Assembly (NCBI GenBank): GCA_030141605.1 | Contig: JAQGDQ010000049.1 | Span: 434,001-498,000 of the forward strand | Source of the DNA: Tubiluchus corallicola | Lineage: Eukaryota > Animalia > Priapulida | DNA: 64,000 nt | Direction: 5' to 3' | Part shown: piece after piece, positions 51,801 through 62,880 of the stretch | Layout: every line of letters begins with the position of its first letter | Position numbering within the stretch: position 1 is the first letter of the stretch | Notes under the pieces: model-generated | Seen by the model: the letters and a program-made list of their open reading frames with translations, nothing else | The model's database searches: none | What the model was told of the DNA's origin: nothing | Made by a program: the position numbers and the translations under genes

Positions 51801-54207
51801 TGGTCATAAAGATAAGACTGCTATGTTGCCCACTTTTAGAAAAAATGGCCCAAAACTTTATAACAGCACTTATGTAACCTTCACTCTAAGGCATATGTAC
51901 TGTTTTGTGGCATGAGTATGCGATCAATGCTGTCTGGATGGAGTTTGAGTAACAAACTAGTCTGAGTAACTGCACAGCCAGCAATATCAATGTATCTATT
52001 TTTACTTTCTTTAAATGATTAATTTCGTTTTGTTGAGATGCTGTTACGTTATTGGCGAAGTCTGTAAATAAATAATTTCTTACAAGACTGGAAACCCAGT
52101 TTCGGGTTCCTTGCTGCGCTGAATTATTTATTTCTTGTATCGGTTCGTGGGTTCATTGCATCGACTGTCGCTGTTCGAGTAATTGCTTAATTTGAATTAA
52201 TCATTTGTATTCAGCAAACGTGTTGGCCATATTTGTTCAGCTATAAGCAGCTAACGAAAAACATTCTCCAGTTGCAAGTCGTGTAGGATATGCAGTTTAA
52301 GCTGTGAGACACTTGAGGTTTTCTTACAATAAGTGTCTATTATGATCTCCAGTATCGGTATTCTTACCACTTTGTGTTAAATTTCTGACTTCCTTTGACG
52401 GCTCAATGAGATCAGGTTTGGCGGACGGGGATGTTGAACTGCTTATGATTGCCAGTATTGCTGCAGATAAGTTCAAGCGAAAAAGTTGTCTATTTTTTGT
52501 GCTAAATTTTCGTGCTACCCTGTAGTGTGTCTTATATTCAAGGGTTCACTTGCAACTTGGAAATACATTCATTGTTTTCATTAACCTACAAAATGTAGAC
52601 CATTTTACATTGTTACATTTATTTAATCTTTTAGAGCACTTTTTCATCTCTTTAAAAAATGCATATTCATAAAAGACCTTCGGGTTTTTATATTTTTGAA
52701 AGGTTTTACATAAATTTTCTTTTAATTGACGTAACATTCAGAGATCATTTGACTAAAAGTTCGGAATACGCTGTTCAGTGTGTGCAACTAGAGAATGTTT
52801 AATGTTATCATCCAAAATGTCACGTCTTTCTCAGTTGAAAAGGATTGAATGGGGAAAGAAACAATACTTTGCTAATTATAACTCCACACAAGAAGTAATT
52901 ACCTAAACGAGCTGTTGCCCCATTGCGCATTTATCCCCTTCCCGTTCATTGTAATGACAGGAAGATGAAGGCGCATTTCCTCTGGGTCGATTTTCTCCCT
53001 GCCATCGCTATTTGTCTGGAGATCTGCAGTTATTAAAGAAAATGTGCAAGTGTGTGTATAGTTTCTGTGTAATATTGCACTCAGTAATAATACGTTTGTG
53101 TAATAACACGAACTGGCAGGCTGCTACTGTTAGTGGACAAAGATTAATGTCAATAGAGACTGTGTGTGCAAAGAATGCTGCAAAGTCCATATTGAAGCAC
53201 AAAAGCACTGTTATGTATTATTATACAAAATTGTCTTATCCTATATTATTATTATGTGTTCATAACTATACAGAACTGATCTGGTCCTAAATGCTGTCAG
53301 AAATCATGTTTAAAATAAATTTGCTCCGAATTTCAGTACAGATTATTTTTCAATATTTGACTGGTTTTTTGAGGCAGCCAGCTTCGCCATAAATACTACT
53401 TTGAAGCAAGCTGAATTCTATTATAACATGCCTGCACCACAAAGTAGCCAATTCATCTTTATTGCACTGCAAATCCACTTCAGAATTTGCATCTGAATTG
53501 CAGTGGAATTGTGAATGCATTCTAACCTCTTCCTAAGATTGGCACAATGACTGCTAAGTGCATAAAACTGCACTCTAAATTTTGCTGGGCTTTTATGCAA
53601 TGAATGATTTCACTTTTATAAAATACAGTTACACCATTGCATGGAATTTATTCAGCATAGATATCAATGCTATGAGAAAAAACATATTAATGCTATGAGA
53701 AAATATGTAACGTATCTCATAATCTCCTGGATCCCAAGGTGATTTTTTGTCTGTTTATTTTATAAAGCACATTTTATTTTCAACCGAAAATAATCTCTGG
53801 CAGACAGCGATTAAGCTGATAATACGCCTCAGATATTTACATAATCATTGACACAAGACGCAGAATTACAATTATAAGTTAAACTAATTTAACAACAATG
53901 AAGTCGGGAGGAAGATGAAAGGAACACGTAGGAAATAAAAGCCAAGAGAAAGGAAGGAATGTTAATATGGTCGACCAGTGGAAAATCTTTTAGTAGTACC
54001 AATAAAATATAAATACAATAACATTTTGATCATAATTAAATAACACACTGAAAGAGTGGGGATTTTATGCCATTGATTTATGGAGTTAATGTTGACTGGA
54101 AAAACGTGGAAGTGTATAAATTACCAAAATTGCACTGCAATTGCTCTCTGCAAAGAATGGGATCACAATTTTGCCTGTTTCATGAATTTCTTTTTGTTGT
54201 GTTGCAG

Positions 54208-54264
54208 AAGCTTCAGGCAGTGACAGCGATGAAGAGTGTGAGAGACAAATTGAAAAAATAAAAG
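54208..54264 (+). CDS. Dyb: Dystrobrevin exon: EASGSDSDEECERQIEKIK(G)
   Basis: gtgttgcag acceptor, AAG|gtgaat donor; acidic stretch after ELNS as in homologs; phase 1 to 1. Confidence 0.85.
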
Positions 54265-54648
54265 GTGAATTTTTCTTGCCTTTTATTTGCAAAATTTGCA
54301 GTAGCGTGTGACTCTAGAGTCGAAAGTAAGCAGTTGAATCGGGGTATTGTCTTACAGTTTACACGAGTTGTGTTAATATCAAAATGACTGGTACATTCTG
54401 AAATATACAGTTTTGTGTGTTTAAACTAGCTCATCAATTCATCAATACACAACATAAAATGTTTCAACATACAAAATTCATAATCTCGATGATACTTGAA
54501 GAGATCATCACTATCACAATCATTTGCTATAGCTTTTCAAGCCAGGCAGGTGAAAAATTTGGATATGAATATGAATATGAATAATATGCTTTCGTCATTG
54601 TTTTAGTCATGCCAAGAACTCTTAAGAGCTTTTTTTATTATGTATGTA

Positions 54649-54736
54649 AACTGACTTTAGATAAAGATTTTTCCATCTGTCCACTGTTACACAACTGACT
54701 TTAGATAAAGATTTTTCCATCTGTCCACTGTTACAC
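54649..54736. repeat. Perfect 44-bp tandem duplication
   Basis: aactgactttagataaagatttttccatctgtccactgttacac twice. Confidence 0.92.
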
Positions 54737-55059
54737 TGCTATACTGCAAAACACAACATATAATTAACTTTTAATTGAACTATCCTGGTCTGATAGTGGC
54801 TGACTGAAATTTTAAGTTAAACTACAATATACAGTGACCTCATAATGTCTTCTAAATATAAGTATTGGCAAAATTGTATAATAAAGAAATGTTTTTATCT
54901 TTGCTGTTATTAGATATGCAGACATAATGCAGTATAAAAGCGATTTTAACAAAATATTACTGGCCCAAAACGTTTTGGACGTTTTTGAGAATCTACAATG
55001 ACCTTGCAGTAAAACTGTGAGGGTGGTGTCCATTTGTTATAAGTGCAATGTCTTTCTAA

Positions 55060-55141
55060 TGTGTGTGTGTGTGTGTGTGTGTGCATGCATGCGTGCGTGT
55101 TGGTGTGTGTGTTTGTGCGTGCGTGTGTGTGAGTGTGTGTG
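55060..55141. repeat. (GT)n/(GCGT)n microsatellite
   Basis: Direct reading. Confidence 0.9.
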
Positions 55142-55337
55142 CATGTGGCAAGTTTTTTCAAGATTAAATGTCAATATGAATAAATTTTTACTTTTTAATT
55201 GGTTTGCCTAAGTGACATTTTTGTCCATGTTCATGTCAATTGTCCTGCTGTTTTATTTTCACACAAACTTTTCAGAAATGCACTTTATTTCACTGCAATT
55301 AGCTCGAGTCTAAAACTGTGTTGTGTAATCTGACCAG

Positions 55338-55470
55338 GTTTTGAATTTACGGAGTCTGGTAATCAAAGCAGCAATTGGAACAACAGTCGAGGGCAGGAAA
55401 GCAATTTTCTAAACCAATTACGAACTCGTAGATTCAATCAACCAACTCGTAGTGGTAGCGACTCAGAAGC
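55338..55470 (+). CDS. Dyb: Dystrobrevin exon: GFEFTESGNQSSNWNNSRGQESNFLNQLRTRRFNQPTRSGSDSEA
   Basis: tgaccag acceptor, GC|gtgagt donor; phase 1 to 2 exactly bridges the neighbouring exons. Confidence 0.82.
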
Positions 55471-55868
55471 GTGAGTTTCCTATCGTACTTTTTATAGTAC
55501 TTTTGACAGATTTGTTTATTTATTTTGAAAACAGCCACAAATTATTGGAACATTTTGACTGACTTGCCACTATCATCTTTAGCCAATTTCAGCCAAAAAA
55601 TGAAGCAGATCAGTTGTGATAAGTTGTTAAGTATTACTATTATTACTGCTGCCACTGGTCACTTAAATCCATTCTATTTTAGGCTGAAATGGACTAAAAA
55701 TAGCTGGTAAGTTAGTCAAAACCTTCCAGATAATAATGTTCATAATAATGTTCCAGATAATAATGTTAGTGTTTTTGCTTCTGATAAGCTAGTACATAAT
55801 TTGAACCATTTATTTGTCTTTTAAGTGAAAGTACTGCCACCAAAAATCTCATTTATTTCACTTTCCAG

Positions 55869-56025
55869 TTACGCTAATACCGACGATGCTGATTCATATG
55901 TGCGAACAGATGATGATAGCTATGTAGCAACCAGCGACGGAGAGTATCGAAGGACGGACGATGAATATGCAAATGCAGAGCATGATGACATTGTAAGACG
56001 ATTCGAAAAGATACGACAAAATCAT
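55869..56025 (+). CDS. Dyb: Dystrobrevin exon (Tyr/Asp repeats): YANTDDADSYVRTDDDSYVATSDGEYRRTDDEYANAEHDDIVRRFEKIRQNH
   Basis: ctttccag acceptor, CAT|gtaggt donor; phase 2 to 0; coding-like composition. Confidence 0.85.
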
Positions 56026-56275
56026 GTAGGTAGCTTCCTGAATGCTTTTGAATACTGTGCATAGAGAAAAAACCCGAGTTGTATAGCAAAAGAATGCGTT
56101 TTTTCATCACTCGCTCTTTTGCTGCAAATTATTATGCTTATATGTGTGAAGAAAATTACCTTCGATAATATGCCTGCGCACAAAACACGTCAAGATTAGT
56201 TAATATATAACATCAGCTCTTGTATTGTATTTGACTTTTCTGATCCTTTAAATTTGAACATTGTTCTACTTTCAG

Positions 56276-56413
56276 GACATCTATCGTCACCAAAACAGTG
56301 AAAGAAGTAATGCTAGAGACCACGATAGTGCTGCCTCCTACAGTAAAACAGATGAGCGTCAAGGTGACAGTGTCGAATGGGAAGACAGTACCAAGCGCTG
56401 GGTCAACCGATAG
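56276..56413 (+). CDS. Dyb: Dystrobrevin last coding exon: DIYRHQNSERSNARDHDSAASYSKTDERQGDSVEWEDSTKRWVNR*
   Basis: ctactttcag acceptor, phase 0, TAG at 56411-56413, followed by AT-rich UTR-like DNA. Confidence 0.85.
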   Translation, partial: DIYRHQNSERSNARDHDSAASYSKTDERQGDSVEWEDSTKRWVNR

Positions 56414-57669
56414 CAAATATTTTTATTAGTCACGATCTAAACATTTTGTATATTATCTTGTATTTCATTGCAGTGACTGAATTTCGAAGTCACGGTAAGA
56501 TCAATGTGCATTCAACTACAGTGCTGCTGCACTGCCTTCTAGTGGCAAAAAGCTACGTAAGTACTTATGTATGTACTTATCCTTTATTCTAAGACCCCTG
56601 AAGTGGCTATAAAGACTAATCGCAGACAGAATGTTTTTTCTGTTAGCAGAGGAGACATATTTTTAATATCAGTCCTTAACATTACTATGGTCACGAGTTA
56701 TACTTTCAATAAGTTAGGTAAATGTGTTCTATTTATAGTCACTAAGAGACCAGTCTGTGCAATATTCTGCTTTTGTTACGAACTATCTAGTGCAAGTTAT
56801 CATTGCTTGACAAGCTTTTAAGCAAGTTGCCAACACGTTTTTCATCTGTCTTGATCATTCAGAAAATATTGTTCCTTTCTTTGAGTATTTTCTGTAGATG
56901 CTTTGAATACAATTGCTTTTCACTGACAAACTGAAAATGTTCTAGAAACACGTGTGTTAATGCAAAGGCAAGAATACTAACTTTCTCTGCAGTGTGTTAA
57001 CATTTATTTGCATTTTGGAAATGCAGATATAACATTTACAAATAAAATGTCTGTTAATTGTAATAGCTCTGGTGCAGAAACAGATGGACCAATCAACCTC
57101 TGCTATGCTGTCGTTTAATGAAATTTTATGACAAATTCATTGTTATGTATGTGAAGAACTCTAGAGAAAGAGGTGGTATTTTATTTAGACGTTGACATAC
57201 TATTGCAAAAATGAACTTATTTATTTTAAGTTCAACATGTGGTAATTGTTTTATCCATTTTACATCTTATAGTGAGAAATTAAGTTCCACATTCCTGTGT
57301 ATTTAGAAGTTTCCATAGTGCATTCCATACACAATTTTTACGTAATCCTACATTCCTTGTAATATTATACTATTCAATGCAACAGAATAGCTTTATTTTT
57401 TATAAAGTTTGAAATCACATTCAAGTCGATTGATTGTGATGAGTTTTACTTATTTCAATAGTCATCTTACCTGTAATAATATAATTGCATTTCTTTTAAT
57501 TTACTGCATGGTAGCAGTTGATCTAAATGGTGTTTTTTAATGTAGCAGTTTATTTTGCAAACTGTTTTAGTCTAAATAGTTAATATATGACTTACTTAAG
57601 TTATATAAGTATAATAGACTTATAAAGCTGTACATACAATGTAATTGTAATTATTTAAATTTTATCATA

Positions 57670-57675
57670 AATAAA
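57670..57675 (+). promoter_or_regulatory. Probable dystrobrevin polyadenylation signal (alternative AATAAA at 57041)
   Basis: AATAAA followed about 40-70 nt later by a T/GT-rich tract (tttctgttcatcttttgttttgtgtg). Confidence 0.45.
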
Positions 57676-58190
57676 TAAGTAAGTGAGAGATTAAGTACTA
57701 AAAAGATATAAATTTCTGTTCATCTTTTGTTTTGTGTGCAGGTAAAGTTACAATAGTATAAACATTTATAAAACTTGTAAAACAGTATTCAGAAATAAAT
57801 AATAAGAAATATTGAGTTCAAGTAAACCATTCCTAACTGAAAACAGTAAAGAGATTACATTTGCTGTAATTAGTGACTAGCTATCAAAAATGCATAAACT
57901 AGCTTAATGTTTTGCAGCAAGTCAAGAACAATGGAACAACAACTGAAGGGAGTTACAGTAAGCAAAAGCCTAACAAGAAAATAATAAGTAGATATGTGGG
58001 CTATGGCTGTGCAAGGGTAAACATTCACTCGCTCGTTTATTTGCTCATTTGCCGTAACAGAACTGAAGTTTAAAGCCATCGACTACTTCATTTCTACATG
58101 TAGAATTCAGAATTTTTGATTTGCAATCAATAGCACAGCAATGAGTAATCTGACAGGTAAAAGACTTCATCAGGCTTCTCTTTTGGAGCT

Positions 58191-58318
58191 GTCAATTTTA
58201 ATCACAGGTGCAGAATTCTCGTCGACTACTACGTGTCAAATAAGTCGATTTTAATCACAGACTTAAGAATTCTTATCGACCACTATGCATCACATAAGTC
58301 AATTTTAATCACAGGTGT
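58191..58318. repeat. 53-54-bp minisatellite, about 2.4 units
   Basis: gtc(a/g)attttaatcacag at 58191, 58244 and 58298. Confidence 0.85.
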
Positions 58319-58500
58319 AACATTTTTTTGTGATTTCGCCAATTCCTGCATTTTGCGTATGACGCTGCACCAGTGCAGTGCTCGCGGCATGAATAAATCA
58401 GTGAAGAATTCCTCCAGGATGATATCGGATTCATCTGTGACAGACATTGTTTCGTTGCTGAAATCCTTGTCCACTGTACGCAGATAAAATTTTTCAATTA

Positions 58501-59331
58501 CCGTATATACTCGCATATAAGCCGAATTTAGAACTATAAAATACAATACTGAAATCAGGTGGTCGGCTTATATGCGCATGAAACAAAATGAACACAAGGA
58601 CAGGCACTAATGCCAATTTTCCAGCCACACATTTTCATAGCTATCTGACTCTTTATTTGGTTGTGTGTCACCAGTGGCGTATTGGAGGGGGATCGCCGTC
58701 CACCCACTTTTTTTTTAGAAAAAATTCACATTTCAATAAATGTCTGCTTTTTGTATTCATTAGATAAAAAATATTAAAAATGTATACGGGTTTAATATTA
58801 AATCTACTTGTTTTCATTTTTTCAAAAAACGGTTTTAAATAATGTCAATTTCTTTCAAATTTGTGAATGTAAAATGGTAAGTCTTGAGACTAGCCGTCCA
58901 CCTACTTTTTATTTAGCAATACACCACTGTGTGTCACCAGTTGCGAGCCGTAACCAAGCTACAGCTAGTGGTGAAGCCGACGTCATCAGCCAATTGGTAG
59001 GCAGCGCGTGGGGAGACGAGGGTCACGTGGCTTATAGAGGAACATATTGGTGTACACGTTTTCTGAACAGACACTCTATAAGTTTGAGACAGAGAACGAA
59101 AATTGCACAAAAATTGCCATCACAATATGAACATAAACTTTTGGGTTTTCAAAAGTATGTTATTGATCAAAGAAAGGTTGGTGGTGACTTCCCTCTCTGC
59201 AGAATTGGCAACATGGATGAGACAAGTTGATGGTCGGCTTATATACGGGTTTTTGCAAAAACTGGCCATTTTAAAGCAGTTTTAGGGGGTCGGCTTATAT
59301 GCGATGTAGGCTTATATGCGAGTATATACGG
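58501..59331 (+). mobile_element. pogo-family (POGK/Tigger-like) DNA transposon, internally deleted, TA TSD
   Basis: Perfect 23-bp TIR CCGTATATACTCGCATATAAGCC, TA on both sides, subterminal ggtcggcttata repeats; transposase fragment WCTRFLNRHSISLRQRTKIAQKLP...IGNMDET (CENP-B HTH end to DDE start). Confidence 0.93.
58672..58929. mobile_element. hAT-type MITE nested in the pogo element
   Basis: 13-bp TIR CAGTGGCGTATTG / CAATACACCACTG (1 mismatch), perfect 8-bp TSD tgtgtcac, internal gccgtccacc repeats. Confidence 0.92.
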
Positions 59332-60106
59332 TATTCATAATTTTCACAGTTCAAAACTTTTTGAATGTACATAACAATAATTACGAAAAGTGCACGGTTA
59401 CAAAGAACTTTCATTATTAAACGGATTAAATTTGTATTGCATTCTACAGGCATCTTTCTTAGTTATCGCAGATTGTATTATCTAGCAGAGTGTCACACCT
59501 GATAGTGCATCCTTCATCAAAATATTGTCTTTACTGGTTATTGTAAAAAAAGTATGGAGTTGCTGGCAGTGCCCGTTTCATCTCTTTTGCATAAAATAAA
59601 AATCAACTATTCTGATTAAATAATTTGTAGATGCCATAGAGGAATTAAGGTGATTTAGTAAAATTCATTTAGTGTATCAATTAGAATTTGTTCAGATTAG
59701 ATCTTTTTTATTTACATTGTTTAACCTTCATTTTTTTCTATTTTTTGTTGCAGCTGAATGGGTCAATAAATGAGATGAAAATAAACTGTTAGACCTCATT
59801 CAATTTTTCCTGCAAAAAACGTAACACAGATAATCATGTATTAATTCTTCAAGACTTCAAAGAACTAGCTAACCAGTCTATGTTGAAAAATGAAAAATTT
59901 AAATGATAATCTTAACGTAATTTATCAAAATTTATCATGCCTACATAAGAAATAGGCATTGAGCTATAACGCATCATTGTCTATGTCTGAAGTTTTGTAG
60001 AATACGGTGACAAAAGTGTGTTTACTGCAGTGTTGTTGAATTAACTGAAGCCAGTGAAACCTTCATATGCAAACTGGAACAGACAAAATTTGAACTGGCA
60101 ACTTAC

Positions 60107-60149
60107 CTGTTTCACATTTGCTTTGCACTGCTGCTAGGCGAAAGTCAGA
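60107..60149 (-). CDS. Exon of the minus-strand gene: SDFRLAAVQSKCET(x); terminal exon not resolved
   Basis: atttgtgtag acceptor, CAG|gtaagt donor, phase 0 to 1. Confidence 0.55.
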
Positions 60150-60215
60150 CTACACAAATCAAACAAAAGTTATATTAATAACAAAAGGGCATGATAAGAA
60201 TTCAATTCAACTAAT

Positions 60216-60230
60216 ACACACACACATGCA

Positions 60231-60262
<32 letters not shown>

Positions 60263-60266
60263 CACA
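60216..60266. repeat. (CA)n/(CACG)n microsatellite
   Basis: Direct reading. Confidence 0.9.
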
Positions 60267-60678
60267 GTCTTTCAGGCAGGTAAGCAAAATGCTAAGTAAT
60301 ATAACTTTGCATGGAAAGATTTTTGGACATAGCTTTACACTGCTTTTCTTCCCCTGATTTACATTATGCATAGTTGATGTCATGTAATGGCGCATTCCGA
60401 ACAGTATTGCTGGAGATTTAAAATGAAAACAAGCAAAAAATCCTTTTAACGAGTGTACAATATATGCATAAAGTAATATAATTTTTTAAAGCAATGTTTC
60501 TCAAACTTTCAGGTACCCCTTTTCTTATCCTTTAAAAGTGACTGCACTAAATGATGTGGCTCTGTGACACTCTGTAATTTCATATGAGCAGCTAGTTACT
60601 GAAAGGCTTATGTAAATAGGATAGCCAAGAAAAGTATCTTTGAATTTATGCTCATACTGGTGACATATGCTTACTTAC

Positions 60679-60816
60679 TGGTTTATGCATTACTTCCCAT
60701 ACTTTCTCTGAGATTAACTGAATTCCAGCGCCAGCGTCGGATGGCTTGCGCAATGTAATCAAAGGTACATCAACTGCAACTGTAGTAGGTATCTCAAAAG
60801 TGTCGTCATTTGATGT
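60679..60816 (-). CDS. Exon of the minus-strand gene: TSNDDTFEIPTTVAVDVPLITLRKPSDAGAGIQLISEKVWEVMHKP
   Basis: gctctttag acceptor, CCA|gtaagt donor (alternative in-frame AAA|gtatgg donor at 60702), phase 0 to 0. Confidence 0.65.
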
Positions 60817-61033
60817 CTAAAGAGCAGATAAAAGCTGATTTAAATTTTCTAGAATATGACTACTATGTAATAACAAGTAAGATGCAAATTGTTTGGAATT
60901 TTGATCCTCTAAATCAGAATTTTTGATGGTAGTTTGACAATTTCAGGCTGTACTTGAATAATTATATACCAAAAAATTATCTCCTGAGCCATAGCTTATC
61001 AATTTTATCCCCGGGTAATCGTGCCCAGTAATA

Positions 61034-61200
61034 AAGTCACAGGAGAAAAGTCACAATTTTGGCTAGTAAAATAGTAACAGGGAAAAAGTCACAATTAATT
61101 TTGGCTAGGATTAGAATTGGGGTTAGAGGCTAAAATAAATTTATTTATTTTTTTCACTTGCCTTTTTTCTTGTGACATTTTCTGTGACTTTTTTACGTGG
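61034..61200. mobile_element. MITE-like element with aaagtcaca / tgtgact repeats and a central ggttag tract
   Basis: aaagtcaca x3 on the left, inverted tgtgac x2 on the right. Confidence 0.6.
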
Positions 61201-61676
61201 ATTCTATAAAATAACTTCAAAAGGCAAGTTATGCCAAGCAAATACGTAAATACACTTTTGCACAGTAAGTAGCTAGAATGTTCCATTGTACAGCAGTATT
61301 ATATAAACTCTGAAATTTGTCATTACGACGCCATATGACGAAAAACAACCTTATTGTGTAAAATGTTTACTGTGCCAAAAAGGTAATAGTATTTTCATAG
61401 TAGGCACACATTTCTAACAAAATCTGCAATTTGCCAAAACAACGTTAAGTGGTCAGTCAAAATGATTTTCATAAAATGCCGAAATCAATGTTGAAGGTCA
61501 AATAAAGGTGTAATAATGGCCTGTTAATATTATAATTATTAACTGGAATTTCTGGTGTTAGAACAAATAATGCTGGATCTTTCGGACAACAGTGCATTAC
61601 AACCGCTGGGAATTGTCATGACAAACTAGGCATTATTTGTATGATGTGAACAAACAGCTTATACAGCATATTCTAC

Positions 61677-61712
61677 CTCATCAGTCTTGTTTGCGTCATC
61701 ATTGTTCTCAGT
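61677..61712 (-). CDS. Exon of the minus-strand gene: TENNDDANKTDE
   Basis: gcattttcag acceptor, GAG|gtagaa donor, 36 nt, phase 0 to 0. Confidence 0.65.
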
Positions 61713-62104
61713 CTGAAAATGCAAAATAGTTGAACAGTTATTGAACACTGTTTCTAAAATTTACACATAATAAAGTTCCGTTGCTAGCATGCTACAATCA
61801 GGGCTATGAAATTTATAAAAACATTATAATCTGCAAATAGTGTATCCTATCTTGTAGTCTGCAATGGCAAAATAGAGAATTAAATGTACTTATTTACATA
61901 CACAGGTTGTGAACCACTATACTGAAATCTGTCGTCCAAAACTAGATAATGTTGCTTAGCGTCAAATTTTTATTATTGTGGCATTTTAAAAAAATTTAAA
62001 GAGCTGATTAATACGAAAAGAATGCAGATTTTACAACTTTATCTCAACTTTGAAAATTTCATTTCTGGTCTCTTCAACAAATGCTGTTGAGGACAAACAT
62101 AGTA

Positions 62105-62206
62105 ATGATGATGGTGATGATTTCGACGACGATTGTGATGATGACGACAACGACGATGATGACGATGATGATAGTGAGGATTGCGATAATGACAATGATG
62201 ATGACA
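62105..62206. repeat. (GAT/GAC)n degenerate microsatellite (intronic)
   Basis: Direct reading. Confidence 0.85.
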
Positions 62207-62265
62207 GTGTGGTAATTACACGACTATGATAATGGTGACGGGATAACGATGATTAATGTGCATAC

Positions 62266-62487
62266 TTCAGCATCTTCTTCCTTGATGACATCTCCTATGG
62301 GGACAGTAACAGATGGATTTGACTCAGTACACAGGAGTATCTGAGGAAGCCCATCGAAGGTTTTGTCTGCAGCCTCAGCATCACTTTGCTCACTTTCCTC
62401 TTGTTCCAATTGCTTTTCCTTTTGCAATTTATTATGATAATCATTGGCACAGTTCAGCAAAACTTCGGTGAAGTCGAGAAATGATAT
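62266..62487 (-). CDS. RSPH10B: RSPH10B-like exon: ISFLDFTEVLLNCANDYHNKLQKEKQLEQEESEQSDAEAADKTFDGLPQILLCTESNPSVTVPIGDVIKEEDAE
   Basis: gcatacag acceptor, GAA|gtatgc donor, 222 nt open; FLDFxExLLxCA resembles RSPH10B FLEFFEALL; acidic low-complexity region follows. Confidence 0.7.
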
Positions 62488-62655
62488 CTGTATGCAGTTT
62501 ACAAAACATTTAATAAAGAGTAATGTGACAGACGTAAGTCATTTGATAATTCCAATCAATACAGGTTCTGTTTTAAGCCTCTACTCAACAAAAATTAAAT
62601 AAGTTATGAAAAATGCGTAACTCAATGGCATATATAGCTAGCAACATGTTCATAC

Positions 62656-62763
62656 CTCTTCACGTGTGTCATAAGAACCCTCTTCAATCATTCTTGGATT
62701 AATTTCACCAAGGAAACTGTACACTCTCTTGATTTCCAAGCAGTTCTCAAACAAGAGACAATC
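62656..62763 (-). CDS. RSPH10B: RSPH10B-like exon: DCLLFENCLEIKRVYSFLGEINPRMIEEGSYDTREE
   Basis: gattttatag acceptor, GAG|gtatga donor, phase 0 to 0; with the next exon it matches the RSPH10B pattern D..I...L......NP......E|I.FL(D/E)F.E.LL.CA (recalled similarity, not searched). Confidence 0.65.
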
Positions 62764-62819
62764 CTATAAAATCAATAATTATTCATTGTACAGTATATAT
62801 AAATATACATACACACACA

Positions 62820-62825
<6 letters not shown>

Positions 62826-62855
<30 letters not shown>

Positions 62856-62880
62856 TGTATGTATGTATGTATGTATGTAT
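62826..62880. repeat. (TATG)n microsatellite
   Basis: Direct reading. Confidence 0.95.

Larger units (their letters stand above)
901..56413 (+). other. Dyb: Dystrobrevin gene, 3' half (10 coding exons in window; EF-hand/ZZ exons lie upstream of the window)
   Basis: Ten GT-AG exons with consistent phases join to 1383 nt (460 aa + stop). Family motifs: KSPAKx[72 protein letters not shown]. Confidence 0.97.

Noticed and set aside
56411-56440. Stop-codon readthrough (TAG CAA)
   Set aside because: Context is TAG CAA ATA, not CAR-YYA, and the extension is only about 8 codons
57721-57750. tgtgcag|gtaaag recursive-splice-like site
   Set aside because: Lies beyond the stop codon and likely poly(A) signal; more simply the GU-rich downstream element
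58191-58318. CRISPR-like repeat/spacer pattern
   Set aside because: The spacers are homologous to each other, the context is eukaryotic and there are no cas genes; it is a minisatellite
62101-62210. Poly-Asp coding stretch on the + strand
   Set aside because: Trinucleotide microsatellite inside an intron of the minus-strand gene
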